From: an uncultured Methanosarcinales archaeon
GTDB lineage: Archaea; Nanobdellota; Nanobdellia; Woesearchaeales; ARS49
Direction of reading: 5' to 3'
Assembly (NCBI GenBank): GCA_964637115.1
Contig: CAZWVL010000001.1
Location: forward strand, 32,001 to 96,000
Length of the DNA stretch: 64,000 nt
In this document: one piece after another, positions 27,340 through 37,124 of the stretch
Position numbering within the stretch: the first letter of the stretch is position 1
Layout of the letters: each line of letters starts with the position of its first letter
Position numbers and translations under genes: made by a program
Notes under the pieces: generated by a model
What the model was told of the DNA's origin: nothing
The model's input: only the letters and a program-made list of their open reading frames with translations
The model's database searches: none

Positions 27340-28137
27340 ATGAGAAACACACAAGGTTCTTTTGGTTTATCTGTTATGATAGTGGCAGTAATTGCTTCAC
27401 TAATTGTAATATTGGCAACGGTTGCACAATACCCCACACCAACAATTAGTCCTACAATTACACCTACTGCTCCGCCGACACCCGATCCGACTTCAACGCC
27501 GACACCGACTGAGATATCGTTCACGCCTACACCGACTGAGGAAAAAGTTGACTTATGCCACAAAAATCGTCCTGACGCACGATACTGGTTTATCATTAAT
27601 GTTGATAAATCCGCGGAAGCAGCGCATTTAGGTCACGGAGATTTCCCGCCAGACAATCCTCCAATACAGCTGCGAGTGGATTGCCCGAAATTTCACAGTT
27701 GTCCACACGAAGAAGGGGATACAGTGGTACGCGATTGTGGAATGGGACAACGTGCCGGTGTCTGTTCGTGTGGTTGCGAGGTAAAATTGCGTGACGGTAG
27801 TATAAAATTCGAAATCTGCAAACCAAACTCAAATGCGTGCGGTTGGTATAGCTGCAAATACGACATCAAAAAGAGCAAGCTGGTGACCTCATGCGCTGAT
27901 ACCCCTGTTCTCAGCCGTCGATTCTGCAGGTGTACTATTCAAGACCGTGAAACTGGTGAAATGAGCGAAGAGGTATGCCACAAAATTGCGAATCACAATT
28001 GCATTTCACAAAATTGTGATGCAAGTCCATTCGATGAGGTGTTGGAAGACTGTACAGATACTGGCAATCGGTGCGAGTGCTTGGTTAAAGTATACACCCC
28101 GCTGAGAGGACATATCGAAAAACGAGGGTGCGTTTGA
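27340..28137 (+). CDS. secreted Cys-rich protein with P/T linker
   Basis: N-terminal TM, PT repeats, VDLCHK...AAHLGHGD motif, many Cys. Confidence 0.75.
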   Translation: MRNTQGSFGLSVMIVAVIASLIVILATVAQYPTPTISPTITPTAPPTPDPTSTPTPTEISFTPTPTEEKVDLCHKNRPDARYWFIINVDKSAEAAHLGHGDFPPDNPPIQLRVDCPKFHSCPHEEGDTVVRDCGMGQRAGVCSCGCEVKLRDGSIKFEICKPNSNACGWYSCKYDIKKSKLVTSCADTPVLSRRFCRCTIQDRETGEMSEEVCHKIANHNCISQNCDASPFDEVLEDCTDTGNRCECLVKVYTPLRGHIEKRGCV

Positions 28138-28210
28138 AAAACTTGAAGCAAAGATTAAGGAACTTCTGGAAAAGTAATTTTTCTAAAATTTTATATGGCG
28201 CTCATATTTC

Positions 28211-28624
28211 TTGTTTACTATGACAAGACTTGAAGTAAATCATTCTTTGTATATAGTTGCTGGATGGTTCTGGGACTCGCGAACAGAAGACGGTTCAGGC
28301 AGGTATCTATTTGGTGGAGATTTTGAACTTAAGGGGCAGCGCCTTGAAGGACGGTTGTCAGATGATTGCGGAACATCGCGCATTACTGGCGTGATGACGC
28401 CAACGGTGCTTGAATTCAAGAAAACATATAATCCAAATGGCCATCGCAAAAAACTGACATATAATTACAAGTTCGAGAAAAAGAGCGGCATCTGGGTAGG
28501 CGGCTGGCACTGGAATGAAATAGAAACCACTTATGTCGATACTAACCCTTCCCTGCAGGCGCGCTGCCGGACGCTGTGTGTTTGGGATACTTATCTGGCG
28601 ATGAATGCGCTCATTCGACGATAA
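28211..28624 (+). CDS. hypothetical beta-rich protein
   Basis: 137-aa ORF, start uncertain. Confidence 0.55.
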   Translation: MFTMTRLEVNHSLYIVAGWFWDSRTEDGSGRYLFGGDFELKGQRLEGRLSDDCGTSRITGVMTPTVLEFKKTYNPNGHRKKLTYNYKFEKKSGIWVGGWHWNEIETTYVDTNPSLQARCRTLCVWDTYLAMNALIRR

Positions 28625-28763
28625 GTCCTTTTAATGCCCTTCTTTATATAGCTTCTAATATATAGTCTAAACCGTTCTATTATGTTGTCACTTGATAGTG
28701 CTAATTAAACGAAACCTTTATATATTGGTGTTTCTTTTACTCCTCTCTGGGGGTATCAAAACC

Positions 28764-30266
28764 ATGGATAACGATACAAACGAATCACTTGAATCAGTAA
28801 CATCAAGATCTAGCTTCTTCGGCAAAGTTGCAGTTACAGGAGCGTTTTTAGCAACCCTCGCAGGATGTTTCAACGCAGGCGGGCACTACCCAGCAACCCC
28901 AGAAGCACGCGCACGAATCAAAAGAGTGGCAGAAACACAGGATTACAAAGCATCGTTAAGTGATGTTGAAAAAGCCCATTTCTCGCCAGAAGCACTTGAT
29001 CCAACAAAGTCTCCGGCTATTTACCAGTTACCTCCAACGCTTGACGGCGTAATTGACGCTGCAGCAAAGAACGGAACTTTTGCCGCAACAGGACCAGAAG
29101 TTGCAACTTACAATTCAATCAAAGAACAAAACAAAATAATCAATGAACTTGTAAAATCAGCAAACGTCAGACGTGCAGTTGTTAATGATATAAAGCATAA
29201 CGTTTCATACAACGCAATTGTATATGAGCCGGTTTCAAAAACAGACCTTCTGGCAATTGATTACAACTTGAAAAAACTCAGAACAGAAGTTGAAAAAGCA
29301 TCATATGCAGGCAGACAATCATTGCAAACAAAACTTGCAGATGACAAAGAACTGCAGGCAATGCTCAACTGGAACAGAGAGATGCTTGATGGAAAAGAAG
29401 TTGACGGCAAAATGATTGGCGGAATTGCTCAACTTGCAATAGCACGTTCTGACATTAATCACCACGAATTTTTCTTGAGCACCATAAACGAAAGTGAATT
29501 ACTTGCAGGCGCAATCCGCAAAAGCACCACAGGTGCTGACGTTTATGCAAATGGCGAAAAAGCCTGGCAGAAAATAATGAACGATCCTGTAGGCGGCACG
29601 GGCGGCATAATTGATCAGGCAAGCCCTGTTGGAGAGGCATACGGTGACTTCGGCAACAAGAAAATCTCAGAATTATACGAAGCAATCAAGGTAAACTTAC
29701 GCAAAGAAGCAGCAGCATATGGCAGACATTCAAAACACGAAATCGGCCAGAAACACTACTTCCACGCAAAAAGCATACTCGACCAAGCACACGCAATAAA
29801 TGCACTTACAGACGAAGAAGTTGCAGCTGCAGAGAAATATATTACTGCAGACCTTGCAAGCACTGTTAACGGAAACCTGCCGGATGAGCCAAGCGTTGGC
29901 ATTTGTGAAAGACTCTGGTCAATATTTCCATTATGGCAGTTTTACGTTGCATACAGAAGCGCAGGACCTGCATTCTCAAAAGACACTGCAACACCAGACA
30001 GCATAGTTCAATTGCTTGAAGATGGTGCAGTGCAAAGATACGGAGCAGGAACGGGTTCAAACGTAAAGGGAAGCACTGCAGATGACATTTGGGACTTTGC
30101 ATTATCAACAGGCTCAATTGTGGTTGAAGGAGGAGCAACATATTTCCTCGTAAAGGCCTATAACAGACACAAAAAGAGCAGCGACAGCGGAAGCTCAGGG
30201 TCAGGCTCATCAACACCATCGTCAGGCGGTACTGATATTATCACACCGGGAACAGGTCCAAGATGA
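28764..30266 (+). CDS. putative lipoprotein
   Basis: ATG 28764 preferred (gggggt SD); FLATLAGC lipobox; Ser/Gly-rich C-terminus; ATGA-coupled to adhesin gene. Confidence 0.7.
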   Translation: MDNDTNESLESVTSRSSFFGKVAVTGAFLATLAGCFNAGGHYPATPEARARIKRVAETQDYKASLSDVEKAHFSPEALDPTKSPAIYQLPPTLDGVIDAAAKNGTFAATGPEVATYNSIKEQNKIINELVKSANVRRAVVNDIKHNVSYNAIVYEPVSKTDLLAIDYNLKKLRTEVEKASYAGRQSLQTKLADDKELQAMLNWNREMLDGKEVDGKMIGGIAQLAIARSDINHHEFFLSTINESELLAGAIRKSTTGADVYANGEKAWQKIMNDPVGGTGGIIDQASPVGEAYGDFGNKKISELYEAIKVNLRKEAAAYGRHSKHEIGQKHYFHAKSILDQAHAINALTDEEVAAAEKYITADLASTVNGNLPDEPSVGICERLWSIFPLWQFYVAYRSAGPAFSKDTATPDSIVQLLEDGAVQRYGAGTGSNVKGSTADDIWDFALSTGSIVVEGGATYFLVKAYNRHKKSSDSGSSGSGSSTPSSGGTDIITPGTGPR

Positions 30267-33200
30267 AAAAGATACTTTTAGCACTACTTGCACTTTTGAT
30301 CGTACCAGCAGTTTATGCAGCAGTTGACGTTACTTATGTGTTCAACCAGAACAATGTTGAAGTAAGCATGTACAACTGCAATGATTCAACCTGTTCACAA
30401 GTAACACCATTCTCAGGCAGTATTATAGATGGACCATCTGTAACAGACGGCACTATTACTATAAGGTATCCAGACGCACTTGCAACACCATTCGGCTATG
30501 CAGGATTCTTTGTCAGCAAAGGATACAGACCATTAGAATTACACTCAACAAGACACACAGGCGGACAAAGCGGACTCGCTCCACCTATAACTGTAAACGC
30601 AGAATTCACAAAATACCCAGTAGTCTGCCGCGCAGTTGTATCAGAATTAAACTTTGTAAACGAATTACAACCAAACATACCATTAGTAGTTAACACCACA
30701 GCAAAACTTGACGCGCAAACATCCTCAGCATTCCAGCTTACAGACAATGATGTTGGTTATGTACCAGCAGAATTCAAGCAGGAATACTACGGCGCAGACA
30801 CAATTGTCAAGATGGAAGTATTGCAGAACAGCAACGTCATACATTCACAACAGCAGGAATTCAGCGCAGTCAAAGGAAACTCACTGATTGCAGACAGCAC
30901 CGTGCCTGTGCAGTTTACCTATTTGCCAAGCGCAACAGGAGACTTCACAGTCAAGGTAACAGCACAAGTCGTTGACGACCAGTGCGCCTCAACAGAAGAC
31001 CAGAACGCACAAGGAGCATTCTCAGTACTCGCTGCAGCGCCACAAGGCCAGTTCTACACAATACTTAACGGATTGACAGTCAACAACACGCACCCGCGCG
31101 TTGGACAGCCAGTCCTTGTTTCATATAACAAGATAACCAACCACGCAGACGGTTCCGGTGTATTAACTCCGATACAAACTAACGTTACATACTCAGTCAA
31201 AAACGGCGCAACAAACGTGTTCAGCCACATTACAACCCTTTACGTGAACCCAGACGCTTTAACACCAGTCACGTACTCATTCGTATTCACGCCAACAGCA
31301 GCAGGCGTACATACTATAACAGTTAATGGTTTCTCAAACTCAATCCTGCCAGTAAGCCAGCTTGAAATAAAGGACACGGAAACAATGCAGTTGAACGTTA
31401 TCGGCTCAATGAGCTACAAAGTAGTATTCTCAGTCAACAACGGAGCAAGCGGATTACCAATAGAAAATGCAACAGTAAGCCTTTCGGGCATAGGAAGCAA
31501 CCTGACAAACGCGCAGGGAGTAATTGTGTTCCCAATAGTACCTGAAGGAATGTACACTTACACAGTATCAGCAGCAAACTTCAGCACAAAGCGCGGCGAC
31601 TTAAGAGTAACAAGCGACGTAACAAAAGCAGTTGTATTACACCCTGGAGAAAATGAATCAGTTGCAAACACTGCACCATACATGAACCTGCCTGACAATT
31701 TCCAATTACAAGTAAACGGCGCAAGAAGCTTCAACTTCTTCCCATACGTACAAGACGACCAAGACCGCGACTCAGAATTAAAGCTAACAGTCATCAGTGG
31801 AGACACTGACATTACAGTTGACATCAACCCAGACGGCCAAGTAACATTCATACCAGACACAGGCTTTACTGGAAGTAACACAATCAGATTCCAATTAAGC
31901 GACACGCAGAACGCAACAGCAACAGACAGCATTGTAGTCAGTGTAGTTGCAGGCGGAGCAGCAGCTCCAGTATTCTCAACAATACCAGAAATCGAAACAA
32001 ATGAAGACACTGCAGCAGTCAGAGCATTAAACTTAAGAGACTATGTTTCAGACGCAGACACTGCAGATGACAAACTTGTCTTCAGTGTGCTTTCAGTAAC
32101 ACCAAGCACTCTCGCAACAGCAAGAATAGATGACGGCCAGTTCCTGACAATTTTGCCAAAACCAAACGAAAATGGATTGGGCAGTGTTGTAATCGTTGTT
32201 ACAGACGGCACAAATTTCGTAAATGAAACAGTTGATTTCGACGTATTTCCAGTCAACGATGCTCCAGTAGTTATTTCCGTGCCAAAAATACCAGCAATCA
32301 ACGAAAGCACAAGCTACACGCTCAACTTATCACTTGTATTCTTTGATGTAGATAATGACCCATTGATATACAACGTCACGCAACCGGCAAACGTTACTCT
32401 TATTCCGAACGCATCAGTGCCAAGCGTTACAATCGTTCCAGACTTTAACGTAAACGGCATAAGAACATTCAACATAACAGCAATTGATCCAGATGGATTA
32501 AGTGCAAAAGCAACCTTTACATTATTCTTGAACTTTGTAGACGACAAACCATTCTTCAACATGATCGTGCCAAATATCAACACCTATGAAGAAGTTCCAA
32601 ACAATCACGACCTGACACCGTACGAAAATGATCCAGAAGACGGACCAGATGCAAACGGCAATTCACTGACCTGGAAAATGCAGATCGCAAACCAGAGCAA
32701 CCTGTCGCCTGTAACATCATTGAGCACTTCATTGTTTGACGCGGTAATTAACACAATCACGGACATGCTGATTGTAACACCAAAAGCAAACCAGTCAGGA
32801 ACAATGGACATAACATTGTACTTGTTTGACAGCACAGGCAAGAATGTTTCGCAGAACATCACAATCAATATTACAAACATAAACGACGCACCTGCATTTG
32901 TAAACTTAGGCAACAAGGTAGCAGAAGCAGGACAAATATTTGTCTTTGACGTAAACGCAACAGACTCAGACCCAACAAATGATACAATAACGTTTGGCTT
33001 GATCAATGTAACTCCTCCATTAACAGGATTAAGCATTGACAACGCAACAGGAATGATAAACTTCACTCCAATGACGAACGGAGTATTTACAGTAAACTTG
33101 CAAACGTGCGACTTTGCAAACTGCAGCAACGGAAGCTTTGTATTAACGGTAACGGACAGCACAGCGCCTGTTCCAGACGGCCAAGTAATACCGCCAAACC

Positions 33201-36200
33201 CAAGCATTTACGCTCCAGGAGCAAACTACACGTTCAGCATCAACTGGACAGACAACGGAAACATAACCAATGTCACATTTGAACTCGGTGGAGTTACTTA
33301 TACAAACGTTTCACAGAGCGGAACTGAATATACTACAACAGTAACAGACCTTGCAGCAGGAAACTACACATTCAAATGGATTGCAAAAGACGGCGCAAAC
33401 AACATGAACATGAGCAACAGCTCAAACTTCATAGTGTTGAAAGCACAAAGCGACTTACAATTGCTCTTGAACGGAACTGCAGGCAACATAACTGTGCCAC
33501 AGGGTACAGTTGTTAACACAACCGCAAACCTGACAAATGCGACAGGAACGGTTTCAATATTCAGAAATGGGACACTTGTTACAAGTGGTGCGTCACCATT
33601 GAGTGCAAACATCACATTCCCGACACAAGGCAGCTTTAACATAACAGCAACCTTCGCAGGTAACCAGAATTACACCGGCAGCAACACAACCTGGTTTGTA
33701 ACAGTGCCAGACACAGTTGCACCAATTTTCACTACTATAACATCTGCAACACCGGGCACACCTGCAATGTTCACTTCATTATACACATTCAGCATTGCAG
33801 TAACAGACAACGTTGGCGTTGCAGCTGTAACACTTTTAGTTGACAACAGCACAATTGCACCAGCAACACAAATAGGCAACAGCAGCTCATACCAAGTCAA
33901 CCTGACATCATTGTCAGTTGGCAACCACAGCATGACTTGGTTTGCAATTGACGCAGCAGACAATGTAAACACAACGTCATTCAATTACACAGTGACGCCA
34001 GGAATTGCAGCCTTGACATTAACAATCAACGGTGTTGCAGGAAACACAACTGCACAAGTAAACGATACTGTTTCATTTGTTGCAAACGTGACAAACCCGG
34101 CAGGCGGTCCAGTTGACTTGTATGTAAACGGTACACTGGCAACCAGCAGTCCAACAACGCCATTAACATTCAACACCAGCTTTGCGAGCTTTGGAACTGT
34201 TCCAATAACAGCAGTGTTCACAGGCGATGCAAACGTTTCAGCAGGAAACATTACAAGATTCCTGACAATCACGCCAATAGTAATGCAGGCAAACATCACG
34301 CCAGCATCAGGAAGCCTGTTGAACTACAGCTCATTCATAATGACGCTCAACACAAACGGTGTTACAAGCTGTAAGTGGAGCTTCTTAGATGAAGCACAAG
34401 GAAGCATGACCAACAGCTTCACAACTTCAAACGGATTGAGCCATTCAGCAAACGTTTCAGGTCTTGGCCTTGGAGTAAATCCAGTATTTGTTGCGTGCAA
34501 CAACCAAAGCGCAGCAACAAACTCAGACTTAGTCTACACTGCAGTAAACATCCTTGACGGCAGCGTATTGATAGGAAGCAACTCAATCAGCGACACGATA
34601 ATGAGAAGCAGCACGCTCAGCGGCAATACAATAACCAACACTACAGGTACGACAAACACGCTCACAAACGTGACTGCATCAGCAAACTCAGTCATAAACA
34701 ACTCAGTATTGACAAACTGCATAATTACAAATGCAATTGTTCTTTCAATAACTGCAAGCGATTGTGTATTAGCTGACGGTATCTATGACCCAAGCAACCT
34801 AACAGGAAGCAACATAGGCGGCAGCAGCTCAGTAACAAACAGCACAGTAACGTTCAGCAACGTGACAAACAGCACGATTTTGAATGCAAACATAAACAAC
34901 ACCACACTCAATGGATGTTCAGTAACGAACAGCAGATTAGGCACGACCACAATTGACTGTGTCAATACCACTGTTCCGCTTAACGACAACTTCGCAAATG
35001 GACTTACTATCCCTTCAGTTCCGTATGCTCAAATAATCAGCACGGCACTGGCAACTACAGAGGCTGGAGAACCTTCTCCTTGTGGTGGCACTCAGAATAC
35101 AGTATGGTATTACTTCACACCCACTGTCAGCGGAAATTACGATTTCAACACATTCGGCAGTGATTACGACACAGTATTGGCCGTTTATACAGGAGCAACA
35201 CTCGTCAGCCTGACTGATGTCGACTGCAATGATGACACTGTATTCCTTCAATCACAACTCGTACTTCCTCTAACTGCTGGAACTACCTATCGAATTCAAG
35301 TTGGAGGCTTCTTTGGGGACACAGGACTTCTCACAATTAACTTATTGACTGAAGGCGGTGTTCCAGCATCTGCAAGCGCGCAAGGCGGTTCACTAGCAAA
35401 CAGCAACGTAACATTCAGCAACGTGACAAACAGCATAATTGTTGACAGCAACATCAACAACAGCGTAGTCAGCAGCTGTATAATCATAAACAGCAGCTTT
35501 AGCAACGCAGCAGTCAGCAACTGTGTCATTACAAACATGGTTATCAGCTCAGGAAGCATCAGCGTGTCAACACCAAACGGCACTTTTACCTATGATGCAA
35601 ACGTGAGCGGACCAGCAAACCTGTCAGCAGTAATACCAGTACCGCCAGTAGCAAACTTCGTGCCATTAAGCGGTACAACTACACCAGGAACTAACATAAC
35701 ATTTACCAGCACAAGCACTGATGCAAACATCCCAGGACCATTGAACGATTCATTAACGTTCTTCTGGAACTTCGGAGATGGCAGCAACGCAACAAGTGCA
35801 AATGTTTCAAAAGCATACAGTGCAATAGGCACGTATACTATAACCCTTACAGCAACTGACGCATTCGGCTTTACAAGCACAAAAGTTGGCAGCCGCACCA
35901 TAGCAAATCCAGTTGTCCCATCAAGCGGTGGCGGAGGCGGCGGAAGCAGAGGAGGCGGTGGCGGCGGAGGCGGTGGAAGTGGCACGGCACGCATAGCACT
36001 CTCAGACGTTCCAGTAGTCAGAGTAGTCTACCAAGGACAAGCACTTCAATTCACGATCGACGGCAAACTACAGCCATTAAGCGCAACATTGCGCAGAGTT
36101 GACTTTGCAAAAAGCAACACAGAATGGGTAGTCAATGGAGTATTCTACAACGTAGGCAAGAACGGCAGCAGACAATTTGATTTGACAAGAGACAACAAGC

Positions 36201-36565
36201 CAGAACTTGACCTGACAATTGTAGAAGTTACAAGAAACAGCGCAACAATCAGCGCAAAACTTGCAGGAGCAGCAAAAGTTGCAACACCACCATTGCCATC
36301 ATTCAACTTCACACCTGTAAAGCAGCCAGAAGTACAAGGACAGCCTGAAGCACCGGTTGTAGACGTACAGCCAGAAGTAGAAACAGTCCCAGTCACTGCA
36401 GACGTTGAACAAAGCAAAATGCAGAAGTTCACGCAGAAACTGAAAGACCTGTTCATCTTCAAATTATCTGCAAAATCAGCAGCTGTCAAAGCAGGCATTG
36501 TGATTGCAGTTATTGTGATCGGCTTGATAGCCTACGCACTCTTCGTGCGATGGGAAAGCTTTTAA
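30263..36565 (+). CDS. 2100-aa surface adhesin/S-layer-like protein (cadherin/Ig repeats, PPC-like, PKD, C-terminal TM)
   Basis: Signal peptide; repeated VNDAP/NTAP/DDKP boundaries; N/S/T-rich beta-helix-like stretch; PKD motif FFWNFGDG; poly-Gly linker; C-terminal hydrophobic helix. Confidence 0.85.
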   Translation: MKKILLALLALLIVPAVYAAVDVTYVFNQNNVEVSMYNCNDSTCSQVTPFSGSIIDGPSVTDGTITIRYPDALATPFGYAGFFVSKGYRPLELHSTRHTGGQSGLAPPITVNAEFTKYPVVCRAVVSELNFVNELQPNIPLVVNTTAKLDAQTSSAFQLTDNDVGYVPAEFKQEYYGADTIVKMEVLQNSNVIHSQQQEFSAVKGNSLIADSTVPVQFTYLPSATGDFTVKVTAQVVDDQCASTEDQNAQGAFSVLAAAPQGQFYTILNGLTVNNTHPRVGQPVLVSYNKITNHADGSGVLTPIQTNVTYSVKNGATNVFSHITTLYVNPDALTPVTYSFVFTPTAAGVHTITVNGFSNSILPVSQLEIKDTETMQLNVIGSMSYKVVFSVNNGASGLPIENATVSLSGIGSNLTNAQGVIVFPIVPEGMYTYTVSAANFSTKRGDLRVTSDVTKAVVLHPGENESVANTAPYMNLPDNFQLQVNGARSFNFFPYVQDDQDRDSELKLTVISGDTDITVDINPDGQVTFIPDTGFTGSNTIRFQLSDTQNATATDSIVVSVVAGGAAAPVFSTIPEIETNEDTAAVRALNLRDYVSDADTADDKLVFSVLSVTPSTLATARIDDGQFLTILPKPNENGLGSVVIVVTDGTNFVNETVDFDVFPVNDAPVVISVPKIPAINESTSYTLNLSLVFFDVDNDPLIYNVTQPANVTLIPNASVPSVTIVPDFNVNGIRTFNITAIDPDGLSAKATFTLFLNFVDDKPFFNMIVPNINTYEEVPNNHDLTPYENDPEDGPDANGNSLTWKMQIANQSNLSPVTSLSTSLFDAVINTITDMLIVTPKANQSGTMDITLYLFDSTGKNVSQNITINITNINDAPAFVNLGNKVAEAGQIFVFDVNATDSDPTNDTITFGLINVTPPLTGLSIDNATGMINFTPMTNGVFTVNLQTCDFANCSNGSFVLTVTDSTAPVPDGQVIPPNPSIYAPGANYTFSINWTDNGNITNVTFELGGVTYTNVSQSGTEYTTTVTDLAAGNYTFKWIAKDGANNMNMSNSSNFIVLKAQSDLQLLLNGTAGNITVPQGTVVNTTANLTNATGTVSIFRNGTLVTSGASPLSANITFPTQGSFNITATFAGNQNYTGSNTTWFVTVPDTVAPIFTTITSATPGTPAMFTSLYTFSIAVTDNVGVAAVTLLVDNSTIAPATQIGNSSSYQVNLTSLSVGNHSMTWFAIDAADNVNTTSFNYTVTPGIAALTLTINGVAGNTTAQVNDTVSFVANVTNPAGGPVDLYVNGTLATSSPTTPLTFNTSFASFGTVPITAVFTGDANVSAGNITRFLTITPIVMQANITPASGSLLNYSSFIMTLNTNGVTSCKWSFLDEAQGSMTNSFTTSNGLSHSANVSGLGLGVNPVFVACNNQSAATNSDLVYTAVNILDGSVLIGSNSISDTIMRSSTLSGNTITNTTGTTNTLTNVTASANSVINNSVLTNCIITNAIVLSITASDCVLADGIYDPSNLTGSNIGGSSSVTNSTVTFSNVTNSTILNANINNTTLNGCSVTNSRLGTTTIDCVNTTVPLNDNFANGLTIPSVPYAQIISTALATTEAGEPSPCGGTQNTVWYYFTPTVSGNYDFNTFGSDYDTVLAVYTGATLVSLTDVDCNDDTVFLQSQLVLPLTAGTTYRIQVGGFFGDTGLLTINLLTEGGVPASASAQGGSLANSNVTFSNVTNSIIVDSNINNSVVSSCIIINSSFSNAAVSNCVITNMVISSGSISVSTPNGTFTYDANVSGPANLSAVIPVPPVANFVPLSGTTTPGTNITFTSTSTDANIPGPLNDSLTFFWNFGDGSNATSANVSKAYSAIGTYTITLTATDAFGFTSTKVGSRTIANPVVPSSGGGGGGSRGGGGGGGGGSGTARIALSDVPVVRVVYQGQALQFTIDGKLQPLSATLRRVDFAKSNTEWVVNGVFYNVGKNGSRQFDLTRDNKPELDLTIVEVTRNSATISAKLAGAAKVATPPLPSFNFTPVKQPEVQGQPEAPVVDVQPEVETVPVTADVEQSKMQKFTQKLKDLFIFKLSAKSAAVKAGIVIAVIVIGLIAYALFVRWESF

Positions 36566-36592
36566 TTTTTGATTATTTTTCACCATTTTTTA
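36563..36592 (+). terminator. oligo-T archaeal terminator candidate
   Basis: Several T5-T6 tracts directly after the adhesin stop codon. Confidence 0.35.
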
Positions 36593-36602
36593 TAACATAC
36601 AT

Positions 36603-37082
36603 ATGGCAACTATGGAAACTGAAGTAACAAGCGGATGGCATCCTGTACCAAAAAAAGCAGAGCCACTTGAAGTATTGGCTGACTTTGAATCATATGAAGG
36701 TTACAGAATAAAAGTAGTTTCGGGTAGTGAGATGCGCACCTTCACTGCAGATGTTGCAAAAAGTTGGGAAGATGTGCAGGAAGATAGGAACAGGAGGCTT
36801 CCGTATTTCTCAACAAAAGTTTACGTTAACAAAAAACTAGCTGCTGAATATAGCTATGGTGATTTGCCTGAAGCATGGCTTCCTTATGTTGATGTCAAAC
36901 TTCAGGAATTGGCGCATGGAAGAGCCGACGCAGAAGAAGTTATAGGAACTATTGACAACATAATTGCTGAATTGAGTGAGAAGCGCCATCGCGCACTTGA
37001 TTCTGCAGTGTGGCCAGACGAAGGCGAAATATTCGATGATTTCAGCCGGATATCCACCAAATATGACGAGGAAGTGGCGTAG
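36603..37082 (+). CDS. hypothetical acidic protein
   Basis: 159-aa ORF. Confidence 0.65.
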   Translation: MATMETEVTSGWHPVPKKAEPLEVLADFESYEGYRIKVVSGSEMRTFTADVAKSWEDVQEDRNRRLPYFSTKVYVNKKLAAEYSYGDLPEAWLPYVDVKLQELAHGRADAEEVIGTIDNIIAELSEKRHRALDSAVWPDEGEIFDDFSRISTKYDEEVA

Positions 37083-37124
37083 AATAGACAAAGTTTATAT
37101 GATTATTAGACAATAACTCACGTT

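Noticed and set aside
30496-36498. Many 60-200 aa minus-strand ORFs within the adhesin gene (likewise within 6664-8520, dnaK and 47880-58665)
   Set aside because: Shadow frames produced by the strong codon bias of the real plus-strand genes; no independent motifs or start signals.
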